Shown: piece by piece, positions 20,767 through 31,612 of the stretch
How the letters are laid out: every line of letters begins with the position of its first letter
Position numbering within the stretch: position 1 is the stretch's first letter
Assembly: GCA_002506105.1 (NCBI GenBank)
Contig: DAWU01000015.1
Span: 11,087 to 75,086, forward strand
From: Methanolinea sp. UBA275
Lineage (GTDB): Archaea > Halobacteriota > Methanomicrobia > Methanomicrobiales > Methanospirillaceae
Length of the DNA: 64,000 nt
Direction of reading: 5' to 3'
Position numbers and translations under genes: made by a program
Notes under the pieces: generated by a model
Told to the model about the DNA's origin: nothing
Databases searched by the model: none
Seen by the model: the letters and a program-made list of their open reading frames with translations, nothing else

Positions 20767-21936
20767 TTATGACAACCGGGATATGAACTGTTCCATGCGC
20801 ATGACTGCCTCGTTGAGATCCTTCCTCGAGACTGCATATGCACAGCGCAGGTGCCCTTCCCCACCACTGCCGAATACACTGCCGGGGACCGCGGCAACGT
20901 GTTCCTCTTTGAGAAGACGTTCAGCGAACTCGTAATCGGTCAGTCCTGATTTTTCGACTGACGGGAATGCATAGAATGCCCCTTCAGGAAGGTGGCAGGG
21001 AAGTCCGATCCGGTTCAGGCTTTCTACAAACAGGTTCCTGCGAACGTGGTATTCACGAATCATGCGATCCTTCTCCTCCTCCCCTCTCCTAATACCCTCG
21101 AGCGCTGCAACCTGCCCCATCACCGGTGCACACAGCATGACATACTGGTGGATCTTCAGAGCGGCGTCGCAAATATCGTTGGGTGCACACAGGTACCCGA
21201 TTCGCCATCCGGTCATTGCATATGCCTTTGAAAACCCGTTCAGAGTGATCGTCCTTTCTGCGAGATCACCAACAGTTGCAGATGCAACATGCCTTCCTTC
21301 ATAGGTAAGCTCCGCATAGACTTCGTCACTTATGAGGATCAGATCGTGATCGCACACGATATCGGCCATTGCCTTGAGATCCTCACTTCGCATGACTGCC
21401 CCGGTCGGGTTATTCGGGAAATTGATGATGAGTGCCTTGGATTTTCCTGAAATTTTCTCCATCAGGCGGTCGGGGTTGAGGCAGAAATGGTCCTTTTCAA
21501 CGCATTGGACCGGAACGGGAATCCCTCCTGCAAGGGTGACGCAGGGAGGGTATGAGACATAGCATGGTTCTGCCACCAGCACTTCATCGCCAGGATCAAC
21601 AATCGCTCGTATTGCGATATCAAGTCCTTCAGAAACGCCGGTGGTGATGATCATCTCCCCATCAGGATCATAGGAAAGGTGATAATGCTCGTGGAGGTAT
21701 CGTGATAAGGCCTCCCTGAGAGACTGGAGACCCCGGTTGGAGGTATATGATGTCCCCCCCTGCTCTATCGAATAGATGCTGGCCTCGCAGAGGTTCCAGG
21801 GTGTGGGGAAATCTGGTTCGCCAACACCAAGAGAGATTACTTCCTCCATCGTGAGCGCAAGGTCAAAAAATTTCCTTATCCCGGACGGAGGGATCTCCCG
21901 GGCTCTTTGTGAGATGAAGTCTTTCATAAAGACCAC
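20767..21936 (-). CDS. Class I/II PLP-dependent aminotransferase (AspC/AlaT-like)
   Basis: 389-aa ORF with NPTGAV and NGFSKAYAMTGWRIGY (PLP lysine box). It abuts the upstream Lrp gene. Confidence 0.9.
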   Translation of the reverse strand: MVFMKDFISQRAREIPPSGIRKFFDLALTMEEVISLGVGEPDFPTPWNLCEASIYSIEQGGTSYTSNRGLQSLREALSRYLHEHYHLSYDPDGEMIITTGVSEGLDIAIRAIVDPGDEVLVAEPCYVSYPPCVTLAGGIPVPVQCVEKDHFCLNPDRLMEKISGKSKALIINFPNNPTGAVMRSEDLKAMADIVCDHDLILISDEVYAELTYEGRHVASATVGDLAERTITLNGFSKAYAMTGWRIGYLCAPNDICDAALKIHQYVMLCAPVMGQVAALEGIRRGEEEKDRMIREYHVRRNLFVESLNRIGLPCHLPEGAFYAFPSVEKSGLTDYEFAERLLKEEHVAAVPGSVFGSGGEGHLRCAYAVSRKDLNEAVMRMEQFISRLS

Positions 21937-22428
21937 TCAGAGGGAATAGGGGATTCGCTCGGTTCCTTCCTTTTCACAGAAGGTCCTCCCGTTCTCCTTG
22001 TAGATCTTCATGATGATGTGGGTGGCCGTCTCACGGATGCGATCCATAGGAGCGATATATTCTGAGACAAATCTCGCTACTTCCTGCATGTTCTTCCCGG
22101 TCACCGTAATCTGCAGATCATACGTCCCTGTAATGAGCCGGAGAGACCTGACCTGCCTGAACCTGGCAATCCTCTCCGCGATCCGGTCATAGCCGTAATC
22201 CCGTTCAGGGTTTACTTTCAGCTCGATGATAGCGGACACTTCACCGTTTCCTGCTCTTTCCCAGTCTATCACTGCCGAATAGCTCCGGATCACTCCTGCA
22301 GCCTCCATTGCAGCGATCCGTGCCTGCGTCTCTTCGGGTGACACCTCGGCCATGACAGCCATGTCACGTATGGTCAGGCGGCTATTCTCCTCCAGAAGCT
22401 GGAGCAGGAGCAGGTCCTTTTCATCCAT
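21937..22428 (-). CDS. Lrp/AsnC-family transcriptional regulator
   Basis: N-terminal HTH (LLLLQLLEENSRLTIRDMAVMAEVS ... IAAMEAAGVI) and a C-terminal RAM-like domain. ATG 22428 is preferred. GTG 22437 would overlap the cdc6 stop. Confidence 0.85.
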   Translation of the reverse strand: MDEKDLLLLQLLEENSRLTIRDMAVMAEVSPEETQARIAAMEAAGVIRSYSAVIDWERAGNGEVSAIIELKVNPERDYGYDRIAERIARFRQVRSLRLITGTYDLQITVTGKNMQEVARFVSEYIAPMDRIRETATHIIMKIYKENGRTFCEKEGTERIPYSL

Positions 22429-22433
22429 TATTT

Positions 22434-23741
22434 TCACCTGAAAAGGGATTTACACCACTGGATATCCCGGTCTGCAAGGCCCTGGGTGCTGAGGCGGGTA
22501 TCGGATGTGATGACATCCCATATCTTATGTGTATTGGTATCAAACCACATCTCTTTTGTCCTCCCGTATCGGCCCCGGCTCACGACCCTGGTATTGATAA
22601 CCCCGAGCATGTTCAGTTCGGAGATAAGGTCTGTGATACGACGGTGGGTGAGCACATCCAGATCGATTTTCGGGGCTATCTCCTTGTAAATCCTGCTCAC
22701 TTCACCACTCGTAAAGATGGTCTGCCCGATCTGGTCAAGGAGGAGCATGGAATAGAGCACAACCTTGCTCTGGGTGGGCAGGGTTGCTATACACTCGATC
22801 ATCGAGTCAGTCTCTATCTTGGCCTGTGCACTTTTCACGTGCCGCTCTGTAACCTTGCCGGAGATATCCCTGTCGGCAAGTTCTCCCGATACTCGTAACA
22901 GATCAAGAGCACGTCTTGCATCGCCGTGTTCCTGGGCCGCGAGTGCTGCACAGAGTGGAATTACACCCTCTTCGAGTACGCCGGAGAGGAATGCAATTTC
23001 TGCACGCTGCTGCAGAATGTCGACGAGCTGGGGTGCATTGTATGGCGGGAATACCAGTTCTTCTTCGCTCAGTGAGGAGAGTACGCGGGGATCGAGAAAA
23101 TCCTTGAAGGAGAGATCATTCGAGATACCGATCATACTGACCTTTGATTTTTTCAGGTCGGAATTGATCCGAGAGAGGTTGTAGAGAGTCTCATCCCCGC
23201 TCTTCTTTACCAGTTTGTCTATCTCGTCCAGCACGATGATGAGGACCCCCCCCATGCTTTCGAGCTGGTTTTTCAGTTCCTGGTACACCTGATCCGTCGG
23301 CCACCCGGTCATGGGGATGTGCGTGCGTGATTTATCACTTGGTGTCTCGTCCTCGCCAAGGAGGGTCTTCGATATCTGCGCGAGAACCCTGTACTGGGTA
23401 TCGATGACTTCACAATTGAGGTGAACTACCCGGCATACGGTCCCCATGTGGAGTCCGGCGTTTTCGAGTTCCGTTCCCACATACCGGACACTGGCGGTCT
23501 TTCCTGTACCGGTCTTTCCATAAATGAGAATATTTGAGGGTGTTTCATTCCTCAACGAGGGTGCAAGAATTGAAGCGACCTGGTCAATCTGGGGACGGCG
23601 GTGAGGAAGGATCTGGGGACGATAAGAATGCCTGAGAACCTCCCTGTTCTTGAATATTTGATTGGTTTCCAGATATTTCTTAAAAAGTCCTACCGATGCA
23701 TTCTGCTCCTCTACCATCCTGTCCCCCTGGGAGATGATCAT
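22434..23741 (-). CDS. cdc6: Orc1/Cdc6 replication initiator
   Basis: 435-aa ORF with Walker A GKTGTGKT, Walker B VLDEID and a C-terminal winged helix. It lies immediately beside the ORB-containing intergenic region. Confidence 0.95.
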   Translation of the reverse strand: MIISQGDRMVEEQNASVGLFKKYLETNQIFKNREVLRHSYRPQILPHRRPQIDQVASILAPSLRNETPSNILIYGKTGTGKTASVRYVGTELENAGLHMGTVCRVVHLNCEVIDTQYRVLAQISKTLLGEDETPSDKSRTHIPMTGWPTDQVYQELKNQLESMGGVLIIVLDEIDKLVKKSGDETLYNLSRINSDLKKSKVSMIGISNDLSFKDFLDPRVLSSLSEEELVFPPYNAPQLVDILQQRAEIAFLSGVLEEGVIPLCAALAAQEHGDARRALDLLRVSGELADRDISGKVTERHVKSAQAKIETDSMIECIATLPTQSKVVLYSMLLLDQIGQTIFTSGEVSRIYKEIAPKIDLDVLTHRRITDLISELNMLGVINTRVVSRGRYGRTKEMWFDTNTHKIWDVITSDTRLSTQGLADRDIQWCKSLFR

Positions 23742-23785
23742 ATGTGTATCTTATAAAAAAAGATGCCTGTTTGTGCCTCTTATAA

Positions 23786-23806
23786 ACCCCTTCATTTCCA
23801 CTGGAA
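23786..23806 (+). repeat. ORB1 (origin recognition box, degenerate)
   Basis: ACCCCTTCATTTCCACTGGAA, 19/21 identical to ORB2. Confidence 0.75.
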
Positions 23807-23918
23807 GAACATTAATTATTCACTGAAATTTGAATCTGGATGAATAAGCAAGAAATTTTTCAGATATGAAAAACCTTTTTTTCCATAGGAATTTATCATG
23901 TCGCCGCTGTATCCCCGG

Positions 23919-23939
23919 ACCCCTTTGTTTCCACTGGAA
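23919..23939 (+). repeat. ORB2
   Basis: ACCCCTTTGTTTCCACTGGAA. It contains the TTCCACTGGAAAC-like core known from archaeal ORBs. Confidence 0.85.
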
Positions 23940-24156
23940 CGATTTGGAAAACTGTTTTCTTTTCAAGAAAAAACTTATAAAAACTGTTCGTTTTCTGTTT
24001 TACTTTTTTGATATAAAACTTTAATGAAATTAAAATCATAATAATGAGAAAAATAGATCTATAGAGAGAATCAGAAAATCCCATAGAGGGAAATAGAGTT
24101 CTTAAAAAATTTGATTTGTGATAAATTAGTGTGGATCGGAATAAAATTTATTGACT

Positions 24157-24177
24157 TTCCAGTGGAAACAAAGGGGT
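24157..24177 (-). repeat. ORB3 (inverted)
   Basis: TTCCAGTGGAAACAAAGGGGT, the exact reverse complement of ORB2. Confidence 0.85.
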
Positions 24178-24348
24178 ATAACCTACCCACAATAAACAGA
24201 GACCACCTCCCCTATTGATTAAATATTGTTAATAGTGTCTACCTAGGAGATTCTTAGCTTTTCAATATAGTTATATTACCTAATATTGAGAAAATTTTGT
24301 TGCCGACTGTGAATTTGGCGGGATTATCAGGGTATCAGGAACAGCGAC

Positions 24349-24369
24349 TCCACTGGAAACAAAGGGGTC
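24349..24369 (-). repeat. ORB4 (inverted)
   Basis: CTCCACTGGAAACAAAGGGGT. Same orientation as ORB3, with 2 mismatches. Confidence 0.8.
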
Positions 24370-24453
24370 TCGCTGCTATTCGAAGAAACATGAAAGAATA
24401 GCTCAATTATCATTGCTATTGTTTATTCTCTGCAAGCATACAATAATTGCACG

Positions 24454-24948
24454 ATGAAGAAGGATCATGAGCTACCTCTCGCAATCCAGGCGTCGGTAAT
24501 CACCGTATCAAGTACAAGGACCAGAGAGACTGATACCAGTGGACAGAAAATCGCAGATCTCCTGAAGGAGGCCGCGATACCAGTAAGTACCTATTCAATA
24601 ATTTCCGATGACATTGAGCAGATAAGGAGAGCGCTGCTTGATGCACTTCGGACGAGCAATTGTGTTATTATCAACGGTGGAACGGGGCTTACGCCGGATG
24701 ATTGTACGATTGAGGCTGTTGCTCCTCTTCTGGATAAAAAGCTGGATGGATTCGGAGAGATCTTCAGGGCAAAAAGCATGGCAGAAGTTGGGACTGCAGC
24801 GATTCTTTCACGTGCCCTTGCAGGAATTTCCGGGGGCAAGGCCATCTTCTGCATTCCAGGTTCAACGCCTGCAGTTACCCTCGCGATGAGAGATCTTATC
24901 CTGCCCGAACTACGGCATATCCTCACCCATGCCCAGAAACGCCCCTGA
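24454..24948 (+). CDS. moaB: Molybdenum cofactor biosynthesis protein B (MoaB/MogA family)
   Basis: 164-aa ORF with VITVSSTR and INGGTGLTPDD signature blocks. Confidence 0.85.
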   Translation: MKKDHELPLAIQASVITVSSTRTRETDTSGQKIADLLKEAAIPVSTYSIISDDIEQIRRALLDALRTSNCVIINGGTGLTPDDCTIEAVAPLLDKKLDGFGEIFRAKSMAEVGTAAILSRALAGISGGKAIFCIPGSTPAVTLAMRDLILPELRHILTHAQKRP

Positions 24949-25185
24949 ATTCGGATCACCGAGGTGAACTATGGTCACGTATGGGTCTTATATTTCGGTT
25001 GACCTTCCTGAAATAATTATTCAGAGAGATCCGGGCGGCGGTTCAACAGGTACGTATACCTCGTCCTGAACAACGTTATTTCGTCTGATATTCACAGAAC
25101 AGCAAGAAAGACCGACACAACGGGAAAAAAATTGTTTATCACCCGGCAATGATCAGCAGCTGAATCACCAGTATACCCATATTCA

Positions 25186-25593
25186 TTATCTCAAGTTGAG
25201 TATCCGGATCGCCAGCAAGGCCGCGTTCTCTCCGTTATCCACGCCTACGCAGGCAACAGGGACCCCTTTGGGCATCTGCACGATTGAGAGCAGGGCATCG
25301 AGACCACCCATCACCTTCCCGCTTACCGGCACTCCAATGACAGGTTTTTCAGTTTTAGATGCAATAATCCCAGGAAGTGCGGCGGAAAGCCCGGCTATCG
25401 CGATATAAACCCTGCAATCGCTTGTTTTAAGATACTGATCCAGTGTATCAGGTTCCCTGTGGGCAGAGATGACACGTATGTCGTAGGTGACCCTGTTTCT
25501 GGATAGGACCGCCGCGGTCTTCTCCACAATGGCCGCATCTGAGGCCGATCCGCTGAGAATGGCTACATCAACCATCGGATTCGCCATCCACAC
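25186..25593 (-). CDS. purE: N5-carboxyaminoimidazole ribonucleotide mutase / AIR carboxylase PurE
   Basis: 135-aa ORF with [27 protein letters not shown] and IGVPV. The real start may be a few codons downstream of the ORF start. Confidence 0.9.
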   Translation of the reverse strand: MWMANPMVDVAILSGSASDAAIVEKTAAVLSRNRVTYDIRVISAHREPDTLDQYLKTSDCRVYIAIAGLSAALPGIIASKTEKPVIGVPVSGKVMGGLDALLSIVQMPKGVPVACVGVDNGENAALLAIRILNLR

Positions 25594-25633
25594 TTATATG
25601 CAGGCGTTATAAAAATACTATGGGCTGGTTTTA

Positions 25634-27219
<1,586 letters not shown>

Positions 27220-27271
27220 AAGTTCGGGATATGGTTATGAGATTGCAACGAGGAGAATAATACAGGAGGAC

Positions 27272-27682
27272 ATGATGGCAATCAAGATTGGATTCGTGGT
27301 CTCGGAATTCAACCGGGACATCACGTACATGATGGAAGTGGAAGGGAGGGAACATGCTGCGTTCCTTGGGGCTGAAGTGACCGAATGCGTATATGTTCCC
27401 GGGGCATATGACATGCCCCTCGCTATCAAGCGGATGCTCAAGAGAGGAAAAGTTGATGCAGTCGTGACAATCGGTTGCGTCATAGAAGGGGCAACGCAGC
27501 ATGATGAGATTGTTGTGCAGCACGCAGCAAGGAAAATCATTGATCTCTCCCTGGAGTTTGACAAGCCCGTAACCCTTGGGATCTCGGGCCCGGGAATGAC
27601 AAGACTCGAGGCGAACGAAAGGATTGATTATGCCAGGCGGGCTGTTGAGTCTGCAGTAAAGATGGTCCAGCGATCCAAATGA
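27272..27682 (+). CDS. ribH: 6,7-dimethyl-8-ribityllumazine synthase
   Basis: Internal ATG preceded by AGGAGGA. IGFVVSEFN, VPGAYDMP and GCVIEGATQHDE are RibH blocks. Confidence 0.9.
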   Translation: MMAIKIGFVVSEFNRDITYMMEVEGREHAAFLGAEVTECVYVPGAYDMPLAIKRMLKRGKVDAVVTIGCVIEGATQHDEIVVQHAARKIIDLSLEFDKPVTLGISGPGMTRLEANERIDYARRAVESAVKMVQRSK

Positions 27683-28812
27683 GGGAGCTCTCCCGTAAGG
27701 TAACCGGGATTGCAGCTTCAGCGACCATCGAGATATCGAACCTGGCGAGGCAGATGGAAAGGAGCGGGATTCCGGTTATCAACCTCTCTATTGGAGAACC
27801 GGATTTCGACACCCCTCAGCATATCAAGGATGCCTGCATTGCGGCACTGAAGGCAGGAGAGACCCATTACGCACCGAGTAACGGGATCCCCGGGCTCCTG
27901 AACGCGATTTCGGACAAGGTAAACCGGGAGAATCATTTCTCATGCTCACCCGACCAGGTGATAATCACCTGCGGGGCCAAGGATGCAATTTATGATGCCA
28001 TGGAGGCGGTGCTCAATCCCGGAGATGAGGTCATTATTCTGGACCCTGCATGGGTTTCGTATGAACCGTGCGTCCAGATTGCCGGGGGAAAGCCCGTCCA
28101 CCATCCGCTGAATGCAAGGACCTTCCAGGTGGATGACACTATCCTCGACAGGATAACACCATACACCAAGATGGTGGTGATCAATTCACCTTCGAACCCA
28201 TCCGGGGCGGTTCTCAACCGCGCATCTATGAAGATTGTATCGGATATGTGCACGGATTATAACCTTATCGCACTCTCGGACGAGATCTACGAGAAACTGA
28301 TCTATGGAGGTGTGCATACATCCCTCGCTTCAATCGGGGACATGGCTGAACGCACCATCACGATCAATGGATTTTCAAAAGCGTATGCCATGACCGGCTG
28401 GCGTCTCGGCTATGCGATTGCTCCGATTCCAATCATCCGCCAGATGTCAAAGATCCAGCAGCATTCCATCAGCCACCCGACGACATTTGCCATGTTTGGC
28501 GGGTTGGCCGCAATCACGGGAGACCAGCAGTGCGTTGCAATGATGAAGAATGAATTCATGAGAAGGAGGGATTACCTGGTGAATGATCTCTCTCTCAATG
28601 GATTCGGAATGGCTCCTGCTGACGGTGCATTCTATGCGTATGTGAAGGTTGAAGGTGATGATATGGAGATTGCCCGACGCTGGCTTGAAAAAGCCCATGT
28701 GGCAGTAACCCCGGGAACCGCGTTTCACTCTCCGGGATGGGAGCGTATCTCATATGCCACTTCGATGGAGAACCTCCGGGAAGCGGTGGTCCGAATCCGA
28801 AACTGCCAGTGA
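27679..28812 (+). CDS. Class I/II PLP-dependent aminotransferase (aspartate aminotransferase-like)
   Basis: 377-aa ORF with SIGEPDFDTP, SPSNPSGAV and NGFSKAYAMTGWRLGY. Its start overlaps the ribH stop. Confidence 0.9.
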   Translation: MRELSRKVTGIAASATIEISNLARQMERSGIPVINLSIGEPDFDTPQHIKDACIAALKAGETHYAPSNGIPGLLNAISDKVNRENHFSCSPDQVIITCGAKDAIYDAMEAVLNPGDEVIILDPAWVSYEPCVQIAGGKPVHHPLNARTFQVDDTILDRITPYTKMVVINSPSNPSGAVLNRASMKIVSDMCTDYNLIALSDEIYEKLIYGGVHTSLASIGDMAERTITINGFSKAYAMTGWRLGYAIAPIPIIRQMSKIQQHSISHPTTFAMFGGLAAITGDQQCVAMMKNEFMRRRDYLVNDLSLNGFGMAPADGAFYAYVKVEGDDMEIARRWLEKAHVAVTPGTAFHSPGWERISYATSMENLREAVVRIRNCQ

Positions 28813-28827
28813 GGAACCGATCAGATC

Positions 28828-28834
28828 TTTTTTT
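28828..28834 (+). terminator. Oligo-T tract after the aminotransferase
   Basis: T7 run 15 nt after the stop codon. Confidence 0.4.
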
Positions 28835-28949
28835 CAGAGGAACGATCTTCATGAATGCTGCCGAAGAAAAATTGACTGGAATCACCCTCACTGATGAATA
28901 TATTGTCGTGTATCTGACGATGGGACGTTTCCCTGGAGCGGGATTCTGA

Positions 28950-29756
28950 ATGAAACCCCAATGGACCGTCCTTGCCTGCTTCATTTTTCTTATTGCAGGA
29001 ATTGCAATCGGGATCCTGATCGACGGGGTGGATAGGAACGAAGATTACGAGACCCTCTATCAGGTCTCCACGATAGATGCACTGCTCCAGGGATCGTATG
29101 ACGGGATTCTTTCCTATCGGGAAGTGAAAAAACACGGGGACTTCGGAATTGCCACGTTTGATGGCCTTGATGGGGAGATGATAGCATTCGAGGGAAATTG
29201 TTACCAGATCAGAGCGGATGGGAAGATCATAGAGGTAACTGATGAGATGACGATTCCTTTTGGAACCGTGACCTATTTTTCACCGGATCACGTGGTTTTT
29301 GTGGCGAATGCATCCAATATCACCGCTTTTACACAGCAGGTGGAAGCTTTCCTACCATCCAAGAATTATATGTATGCCATACAAATCAGGGGGGAATTCC
29401 CCTATGTAAAGACCCGGAGCATACCCCGCCAGGAGAAACCCTATCCAAGAATGGTTGATGCATCGGCCAACCAGTCCCTCTTTGAGTTTTTCGATACACG
29501 GGGAATTATTGTTGGATTCTGGACGCCGGACCTGGTGGAAGGCTTAAACATTCCAGGCTTTCACCTCCATTATCTGACAGATGATCGCACGGGGGGAGGG
29601 CACATCATGGAGTTGGTCGTGCACAATGCAACAGTTGAGCTTGATCTGTCACCCGGATTTTCCATGGTGCTTCCCACGGGGGGAGATTTCAGCACGGTGG
29701 ATCTATCCGGGGATCTGAGTTCTGATCTTGCGGTCGTTGAGAAAGGGAGTAATTGA
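28950..29756 (+). CDS. alsD: Alpha-acetolactate decarboxylase with N-terminal membrane anchor or signal
   Basis: 268-aa ORF. LYQVSTIDALLQGSYDG ... GDFGIATFDGLDGEMI ... GFHLHY are canonical ALDC blocks. The first ~25 aa are hydrophobic (VLACFIFLIAGIAIGILI). Confidence 0.85.
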   Translation: MKPQWTVLACFIFLIAGIAIGILIDGVDRNEDYETLYQVSTIDALLQGSYDGILSYREVKKHGDFGIATFDGLDGEMIAFEGNCYQIRADGKIIEVTDEMTIPFGTVTYFSPDHVVFVANASNITAFTQQVEAFLPSKNYMYAIQIRGEFPYVKTRSIPRQEKPYPRMVDASANQSLFEFFDTRGIIVGFWTPDLVEGLNIPGFHLHYLTDDRTGGGHIMELVVHNATVELDLSPGFSMVLPTGGDFSTVDLSGDLSSDLAVVEKGSN

Positions 29757-29938
29757 TAGTGAGATATCTTTCTTTTCACCGTGCGAGGTAAAAGATCGAA
29801 AGGTATTTTGCAACATCCGGCAAAACGACCGATATATTCGGACGGTTGGAAGGTGTCAGGGGGGGAAAGATCAGGATCTAGTCTCCTCTCCGGGAACTCT
29901 TCAGGATCCCTCCAGCAGCCCGGGGGAGGTGGTCGGCC

Positions 29939-30871
29939 ATGATTACCATTTACAGGGGAGGGACAGATGGACTGGAGCGGGTCACCACCTACGAGAGCGG
30001 CGCCTGGATCAATGTAGTAAACCCGAGCCAGAAAGAGATCGAACAACTGGTCTCCTGGTTCAACATCTACTCCGATTTTCTTACCGATCCACTTGATGTT
30101 GACGAGAGAGCCCGTATCGAGCGTGAAGAGGGAAGCATCCTCATCCTTCTCCGAAGCCCAAGGCGTGAGGTACCGGACGCCGATATTCCGTTCACCACGC
30201 TCCCCATCGGGATCATACTCACCCAGAATATTATCATCACTGTCTCCCTCACGGAATCGGATGTTATCCAGGAGTTCACGACGGGAAAAGTCAAACATTT
30301 CTCCACCGAACAGCAGACCCGGTTCGTCCTTCTCCTATTCCTGCGCAGCACTCTTCTTTTCATGCGGTATCTGAAAGAGATCAACAAGATGACCACGTCA
30401 GTGGAGCGCTCCCTCTATAAAGCGCTCAAAAATGAACAGTTGATACGCCTGCTGATGCTCGAGAAGAGCCTCGTTTTCTTTGTCACATCGCTTCGCTCGA
30501 ATGCCCTGATGATGGAAAAGTTCCACACCACGCAGTGCATGAAGATGAGCGAGGAGGACCGCGACCTCTTCGAGGATCTCACCATCGAGAACAAGCAGGC
30601 CATGGAAATGGCAAACATTTACAGCAGCATACTTTCTGATATGATGGATGCTTTTGCATCGGTCATCTCCAACAATTTAAATGTAGTACTGAAGCTCCTC
30701 ACGACAGTGACGATAATTTTGATGATCCCGACACTCGTTGCGAGTATTTACGGGATGAACGTGGAACTCCCCTACCAGCACACACCTTTTGCGTTCCTGA
30801 TCACCGTTGCCATTTCCCTGGCGCTATCCGCGGTGGGTATCATCATCTTCTGGAGAAAGGAATTCTTTTAA
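29939..30871 (+). CDS. corA: Magnesium/cobalt transporter CorA
   Basis: 310-aa ORF with two C-terminal TM helices and the YGMNV signature. Confidence 0.9.
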   Translation: MITIYRGGTDGLERVTTYESGAWINVVNPSQKEIEQLVSWFNIYSDFLTDPLDVDERARIEREEGSILILLRSPRREVPDADIPFTTLPIGIILTQNIIITVSLTESDVIQEFTTGKVKHFSTEQQTRFVLLLFLRSTLLFMRYLKEINKMTTSVERSLYKALKNEQLIRLLMLEKSLVFFVTSLRSNALMMEKFHTTQCMKMSEEDRDLFEDLTIENKQAMEMANIYSSILSDMMDAFASVISNNLNVVLKLLTTVTIILMIPTLVASIYGMNVELPYQHTPFAFLITVAISLALSAVGIIIFWRKEFF

Positions 30872-30926
30872 AAGGATTGAAGTGTGCAGAGAAATGCCAT
30901 ATACCGATCACGCAAGATAGTATGGT

Positions 30927-31610
30927 ATGATCAATCTGCTGGACCTTCTGGCCCGCCCGGAAAGGTTTTTTTCGTCCCTCGAGGGAAAAGAACCTGATCT
31001 CAGGATACCAGCCGCCATTGCTATTGTAGGGGCAATTATCGCTGCGATCGCGGGGTATGCAATGTCGGGGCTTTACACCGAATTATATGCGGGTATCGCT
31101 GAAGGGATGGGACCGGTTATGGGAATTTTCATTATAATATCCGCATTCATTGGTTTTCTTGTAATGTGGTGGCTGGTCATGGCGGTGGTATTCTTCCTTA
31201 TTTCCTTGCTCTTCAAGGGTCGAGGGAAGTTCACGCACACCCTTGCGAATACAGGCTATGGTCTGGTTCCTGTTATCATAGGAAGCATTGTCACTACACT
31301 GGTCTTTTTGTCATACCTCCCACGAATCGTCGTTCCTGTGATTAGAAATATCCAGGATCCCGCGGTGATTCAGGAAGCCATGCAGGAACTGATGCACGAC
31401 CCCGCGATGATGGAATACACGTGGGTATCCATGGCAATCTCTGCCCTGTTTTTGCTCTGGAGTGCGAACATCTGGATCTTCGGAGTAAAGCAGGCCCGGA
31501 ACATTACTCTCAAACAAGCATGTATCACTGTTGCAATTCCGGTTGGCGCGTTCATCATCTACACACTGTATATAGCGGTCGTGGGTGTCCCCATCCCCGG
31601 TGGAGCATAA
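30927..31610 (+). CDS. Yip1-domain membrane protein
   Basis: 227-aa ORF with a short cytosolic N-terminus (RPERFFSSL) and five predicted TM segments in the Yip1/DUF1282 layout. Confidence 0.6.
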   Translation: MINLLDLLARPERFFSSLEGKEPDLRIPAAIAIVGAIIAAIAGYAMSGLYTELYAGIAEGMGPVMGIFIIISAFIGFLVMWWLVMAVVFFLISLLFKGRGKFTHTLANTGYGLVPVIIGSIVTTLVFLSYLPRIVVPVIRNIQDPAVIQEAMQELMHDPAMMEYTWVSMAISALFLLWSANIWIFGVKQARNITLKQACITVAIPVGAFIIYTLYIAVVGVPIPGGA

Positions 31611-31612
31611 GA

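Larger units (their letters stand above)
23742..24453. other. Chromosomal replication origin (oriC) region
   Basis: 712-bp intergenic region, the longest and most AT-rich in the window. Four ORB repeats sit in a 2+2 inverted arrangement around an AT-rich stretch of about 215 bp (23940-24156). It is adjacent to orc1/cdc6. Confidence 0.8.

Noticed and set aside
23786-24369. Repeated 21-mers considered as a possible mini-CRISPR or mobile-element terminal repeats
   Set aside because: There are only four copies, in inverted pairs, with irregular spacing and AT-rich sequence between them. They sit next to orc1/cdc6 and match the ORB consensus, so this is an origin and not a CRISPR array or IS element.
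31421-31612. Upstream extension of the S-layer-like ORF overlapping the Yip1 gene
   Set aside because: The signal peptide begins at ATG 31613, 3 nt after the Yip1 stop. The extension is out of character (His/Cys-rich) and overlaps a convincing membrane-protein frame.
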